This document shows positions 51,396 through 53,743 of a stretch of DNA of 53,743 nt, piece after piece. The stretch lies in the NCBI RefSeq assembly GCF_006345805.1, contig NW_021833880.1, forward strand, positions 1-53,743, given 5' to 3'. The number at the start of each line of letters is the position of its first letter. Positions within the stretch are counted from its first letter, which is position 1. The notes below the pieces were generated by a model that was not told where the DNA came from, searched no databases, and was given only the letters and a program-made list of their open reading frames with translations. Made by a program: the position numbers and the translations under genes. This DNA is from Octopus sinensis (Eukaryota).

Positions 51396-51427
<32 letters not shown>

Positions 51428-51845
51428 ATAATAATAATAATAATAATAATAACAATATTAATAATAATAATCCTTTCTAGTGTAGGCACAAGGCTTGAAA
51501 TTTGGGAGAGGCGACATGCCACTAAGCATTTCGTCCGGCGTGCTAACGATTCTGCCGGGCCAGCGTCTGTTGCAGAGCAGAAACAACAACAACAATATCA
51601 ACCACAACTACGATGGCGACGGCAGCGGCACCAATACCTATTTCTTTACTACCCACAAAGAGCTAAACATAGAGGGGACAAACAAGGACAGACAAATGGA
51701 TTAAGACGATTATATCGACCCTAGTGCGTAACTGGTACTTAAGTTATCGACCCCCGAAAGGATGAAAGTCAAAGTCGACCTCGGCGGAATTTGAACTCAC
51801 AAGCATTTCGCCCGGCGTGCTAACGTTTCTACCAGCTCACCGCGG
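50995..51845 (-). mobile_element. Cluster of family A SINEs including a dimer
   Basis: Junction near 51160 (reverse complement of AAAGAAATA|GGTATTTCG). Confidence 0.85.
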
Positions 51846-51901
51846 CACCAATACCTTCCTCCATACCACTGAATTACCAACACCTCTGCCACCACCAACT
51901 T

Positions 51902-51955
<54 letters not shown>

Positions 51956-52149
51956 CACATACACATACACACACGCACACACACACACATAACCCCAGTC
52001 ACTCAACGTCAATCACCACCATGTTCAGTATTGTCCAAAGTTATTACCCCCACCACCACCACCACTGCCACATCCTCTTCCTCCTCTTAAGCTACACAAT
52101 ACCATTCTATCACGTCATCAAATATACACCACCAATAACCACCCTAACT

Positions 52150-52510
52150 ACCTTCGCCGTAATCACATTGCAACCACCACCACCACCATCACCACCACCA
52201 CCACCATCACCACCACCACCACCATCACCACCACCACCACCATCACCACCACCACTACTAGTGCCACTACTAGCAGTAGTAGTAGCAGCAGCAGCGGCAC
52301 CACCACCACCATCACAACTAGAGCAACAGCCACCACAATCGTGTCTTACCTACATAACACCATTCTATCAAAAAATCAAATCCACCCCAACGCAACCATC
52401 ACCACCACCACCACCACCACCACCACTAACAATCACAACAACAACAATGACAAAAACAGCCAGGACCACCACCACCACCACCACCCCACACCACCACCAC
52501 CTACTCATTA
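52150..52510. repeat. (ACC)n/(CAA)n low-complexity tract
   Basis: Seen directly; it is the source of the poly-Pro pseudo-ORF. Confidence 0.9.
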
Positions 52511-52891
52511 CCTACATACCATCAGTCTTATTCTGAACATCAAAATCACGCCTCAAAACCACAAACAACAATTTAATGGGATTTTTATGTCTACCCTCTC
52601 CTCCCCGCCTCCCCTTCCACCTCTCCTTATTTTCCATTTAACAAAAAAAAAAAAGAAAAACAGAAAAGAAAAGGGATCATGTTTCTTTCAATGTTTTCTT
52701 CTAGTGACCCCTTTTATTCGAGTACACGTTTACTAAGAGGCCCCTAATTTTGTCGTTGATTGATACATCATCTTATCTGTTGATGTCACAGTTCCCTATA
52801 TATAAGCAGTGGGGGGGGGTGAGGTTCTACGTAATTGTTCGCTTTGCTAGAAATAGCAGTCAAATACCTCTGAAATTACTACTCTATCTAC

Positions 52892-53030
52892 ACTAGTGAT
52901 TCTCAACCGGGGTTCATGTGGCCCTTTGTGGATCCCCATAAGATTTTGTTGTTAAAATTTATCTGCAATAAATTGGTTATATTTTTACAATACACTAAAT
53001 ATTATATAATATTTAATAATACCTACTTAT
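52892..53030 (+). mobile_element. Possible hAT-type MITE end
   Basis: (C)TAGTGATTCTCAACCGGGG resembles CAGTGGTTCTCAACC-type TIRs; no partner TIR was found. Confidence 0.4.
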
Positions 53031-53039
53031 AAAAATATA

Positions 53040-53743
53040 GGGTAAAGAGCCCCTTCGGTCAAGAACGACGATGGGATTGCACCGAGAAAGTTGTTTATGG
53101 AAAGACCAGTAGTCAGCCATGCGTACTTGCCTTCCCTCTCCACGCTATCGATGTTATTTATCCACGGGAAAGGCAAAGGCCAATACAGCTTGGCACTAGG
53201 GGTCGCAATCCATTTCTTTGGAAGCACTCCGTCGGTTACGACGACGAGGGTTCCGGTTGATCCGAATCAACGGAACAGCCTGCTCGTGAAATTAACGTGT
53301 AAGTGGCTGAGCACTCCACAGACACGTGTACCCTTAACGTAGTTCTCGGGGATATTCAGCGTGACCCAGAGAGTGACAAGGCCGGCCCTTTGAAATACAG
53401 GTACAACAGAAACAGAAGTAAGAGTGAGAAAGTTGTGGTGAAAGAGTACAGCAGGGATCACCACCATCCCCTGCCGGAGCCTCGTGGAGCTTTAGGTGTT
53501 TTCGCTCAATAAACACTCACAATGCCCGGTCTGGGAATCGAAACCGCGATCCTATGACCGCGAGTCCGCTGCCCTAACCACTGGGCCATTGCGCCTCCAC
53601 TAATCCATTTCTACAACTGAGTGAACTGGAGCAATGTGAAAATAAAGTGTCTTGCTCAAGAACACAATACACATCTAGGTCCGGGAATCGAACTTGCTAC
53701 CTCATGCTTGTGAGTTCGATGCTCTAACAACTGGATGGCAATA
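53040..53743 (-). mobile_element. tRNA-derived SINE (family D) interrupted by a family C SINE (53218-53601)
   Basis: 11-bp TSD AATCCATTTCT at 53207-53217 and 53602-53612. The host head (reverse complement of GGGAATCGAAC..CTAAC) lies at the window end. Confidence 0.85.

Noticed and set aside
52340-52360. Minus-strand TAG|GTAAG as a recursive splice site
   Set aside because: There is no proper polypyrimidine tract, and it sits in a low-complexity tract with a similar sequence near 52505.

Overview
AT-rich, microsatellite-saturated eukaryotic DNA. The tRNA-headed SINE families, CR1-type LINE relics and Penelope-like (PLE) non-coding pieces are typical of an Octopus/coleoid cephalopod genome (inferred from repeat content). 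No intact protein-coding gene was recognised; nearly all listed ORFs are read through simple repeats. Decayed transposase or RT relics are present: hAT (21.5-23.0 kb), CR1 (four pieces), Tc1/mariner (33.2-33.7 kb) and an internally deleted MULE with TIRs (42.45-44.01 kb). The main unexplained layer is structured RNA. (1) About a dozen type I minimal hammerhead ribozyme (HHR) motifs: one fully canonical, one with a compensated U3-A8 core, a possible G3-C8 swap, and recurring U4C and CUAUAGA variants. (2) A strong pri-miRNA-like hairpin at 35.47-35.57 kb with basal UG and CNNC at the expected spacing. (3) A near-fully complementary let-7 site on the minus strand at 18921-18943, inside a candidate terminal exon of a speculative minus-strand spliced transcript. 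(4) A locally restricted ~0.4-0.6 kb non-coding module in four copies with a conserved 24-nt core. (5) Head-to-tail SINE multimers with a fixed junction, one of them chimeric and flanked by a single TSD. All folds and alignments were done by eye and need computational confirmation.
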